This document shows, one piece after another, positions 28,998-30,859 of a DNA stretch of 30,859 nt. The position numbers and the translations under genes were made by a program. Within the stretch, counting starts at the first letter, position 1. Every line of letters starts with the position of its first letter. The notes beneath the pieces were generated by a model. It was given only the letters and a program-made list of their open reading frames with translations. It made no database searches and had not been told where the DNA came from. Origin of the DNA: a virus (taxonomy: Duplodnaviria; Heunggongvirae; Uroviricota; Caudoviricetes); IMG/VR virus record IMGVR_UViG_2740892488_000014; one strand, written 5' to 3'.

Positions 28998-29422
28998 CAA
29001 TGAGTGATGCAATAAACGGTGCTGAGGATATCATGCTCGGCCTGGGTGATTTCATTTTTGCTATATCAACAGTAGCGTACAACAAACTGCAACGTAGTGA
29101 CGCCTGGCGCTGGGCTCAGCAAACACGATTCGGGAAAAACGACGCGTTGCAGATAACCGGACGACCGAACCCCACAATTACTATCGATGGAAAGATAAAC
29201 GCTTTATTTCTTGACGGGTGCGGCGTCGGCCTGTTGACAGATTTGCGAGCGCTCGGGAACACGGGAGAACCCCAGCAGCTAGTGCTGGGGACCGGGGAGG
29301 TGAAAGGGTACTGGGTGCTGCGAGAACTAACTGAAACGCAAAACAGCTTTTTGATGGGCGGAACACCTAAATCGCAGGACTTTTCACTCACGCTCGAATA
29401 TTATGGAGCTTCGCTAGATTAA
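28994..29422 (+). CDS. tail protein (P2 gpU-like)
   Basis: 142-aa ORF; …GYWVLRELTETQNSFLMGGTPKSQDFSLTLEYYG resembles gpU; start GTG 28994 or ATG 29000. Confidence 0.7.
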   Translation: MTMSDAINGAEDIMLGLGDFIFAISTVAYNKLQRSDAWRWAQQTRFGKNDALQITGRPNPTITIDGKINALFLDGCGVGLLTDLRALGNTGEPQQLVLGTGEVKGYWVLRELTETQNSFLMGGTPKSQDFSLTLEYYGASLD

Positions 29423-29597
29423 TACAAAATCAAGCGCTACCAGAGCACTTAACAAGTATAAAAATAATAAAAAAAAACTACGAACATAAATGTAAAACAA
29501 CCTGATGGTATTTTTTTTTGACGCCGAAATACTAATACCTCTCCGACTACTAAAATTAATTCTCATTATGAAATCCTTTTAATTAATGGGGCCCCAA

Positions 29598-29811
29598 ATG
29601 ATTACATACACTACACGGGACGGTGACCGTCTCGATCAGATCTGCCTTGCGGTCTACGGGAGAGCGTCAAAAACGACAGAGACTGTTTTATATCAGGTTT
29701 CGAATTACGGCGTAACGGATATGTGTGCCGTGTTTCGTGCTGGAGAAAAAAATTGTTTTACCAGATATCGAACCAGAGCCGGTTAAAAAAGAAACGCAAT
29801 TATGGGATTGA
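29598..29811 (+). CDS. tail protein X (P2 gpX-like, LysM-type); frame change at an A7 run
   Basis: N-terminus MITYTTRDGDRLDQICLAVYGR matches gpX; with one A fewer at 29746-29752 the reading continues …EKIVLPDIEPEPVKKETQLWD and stops at 29811, matching the gpX C-terminus. Confidence 0.65.
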
Positions 29812-29814
29812 TGA

Positions 29815-30859
29815 ATGAGTGATTACGTAAATACTGGCGTGGAGGCGTGGAAACCTAATTTTTATATATCTGCTGATAATAAAAACATCACGGATAAAAT
29901 AAGAAAAGGTTTGATCAATATCACGCTGACAGATTACGGCGGCTCCAGTAAACAGACAGACGAACTCCGCGTAGCAATAGTTTCTGAAACTCTGAAAATT
30001 CCGGCCCGCGGAGTAAAAATCAGTATTGGGCTCGGTTTCGGTAATCAGATAATTGATAAAGGGATATACATCGTTGACGGTGCTAGCAGTGGCGGTGAAC
30101 CCCGGGTAGTTGATTTCACAGCAAAAGCGGCTCCGATGAACGCAGCAAAAGGATCTCCGACAGTTCAGAGCAAAAAGACTCGTTCCTGGAGCGACGTCAC
30201 TGTCAGCGATATCGTTGCGACAATAGCGAGCGATAATGGGCTAAAACCACGCGTATCAAAGCGGTTTGCAGACAATGTTATCACGCAACTCGATCAGGTC
30301 GGCGAGTCAGATATGCACCTGATGTCGCGGCTCGCAACGAGATTCGATGCGGTGAGTAAACCCGCGGGCGGGTACTGGATATTCCTGCCGCGCGGCGCGG
30401 GCGAATCTGTTAGCGGTGCTCCGCTCCAGCACTACACGCTAACTCGTCGTGATAACTCCAGCTGGGGCTATTCGAGAAATGGACAAAGTGGCGATAGTGG
30501 TAGCGGTGGCGAAAATCCGGAACCGACGTATCTGATTAAATATCACGACACAGCAACTGGGCAGATCAAAGAATTGCGGACAAGGTAGTGGCGGCGATCC
30601 TGTCATTGAATGGCCGGCAGTTGAGCCGTCGCTCGACGCAGCGAAAGAAGCTGCACCAGGGCTCAAGGGCGGTGCAGCTAAAAAAGAGTTCTCTATGACG
30701 TACACGACGCCAGCGACGCTCGATTTAGTGTCGCTGACAGCAGAATGCAAAGTCACAACTCAAGGTTTCGGGACCGAGGAGGACCGGGACTGGACTATCA
30801 ACACACTGAGTCTGACGCTCGCTGAAAACGGTTTTTCGGTTCGGCTGTCTCTGGAGTAA
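29815..30859 (+). CDS. tail protein D (P2 gpD-like); frame change near 30568-30576
   Basis: N-terminal and middle regions (…KGIYIVDG…SWSDVTVSDIVATIASDNGL…ESDMHLMSRLA…YHDTATGQIK…) match gpD; the C-terminal 95 codons in the next frame (…WTINTLSLTLAENGFSVRLSLE) match the gpD C-terminus and stop at the last base of the window. Confidence 0.8.

Noticed and set aside
30439-30756. 105-aa minus-strand ORF at the window end
   Set aside because: Antisense to the gpD-like gene, whose two reading frames both match the gpD family.

Overview
This window is mostly the late region of a hybrid prophage, preceded by about 7.5 kb of accessory DNA. All calls are from reading the sequence and ORF track by eye; no database search was run, and homolog names rest on recalled family architecture. 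Left to right: (1) a 5'-truncated IS3-family transposase fragment (1-513); (2) a visibly AT-rich islet (~850-2900) with small plus-strand ORFs and a strong terminator hairpin; (3) a minus-strand ImmA/IrrE-like HExxH metallopeptidase followed by a membrane protein, then a small HTH-like ORF and a divergent unknown gene, with a shared palindromic motif in both promoter regions; (4) an ISL3-family element (5700-7584) with imperfect terminal inverted repeats and a perfect 8-bp target duplication, carrying a ClbS/DfsB-like passenger ORF and inserted into a near-consensus LexA box; (5) lambdoid nin-region genes, a Q-like ORF and a non-canonical lysis cassette (7619-10884); (6) a lambda-like head module (Nu1, A, W, B, C, D, E, FI, FII-like) joined to a P2-like contractile-tail module (V, W, J, I, H, tfa, sheath, tube, E/E', tape measure, U, X, D) running to the window end. 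Ten genes are interrupted by single-base frame changes, nine of them at A/T homopolymer runs and in both directions, which looks more like homopolymer sequencing error than decay. No rRNA or CRISPR array was seen and no tRNA was recognised by eye. The candidates for something new are the ImmA-plus-membrane-protein module with its shared operator, the AT-rich islet, and the IS insertion that splits an SOS box.
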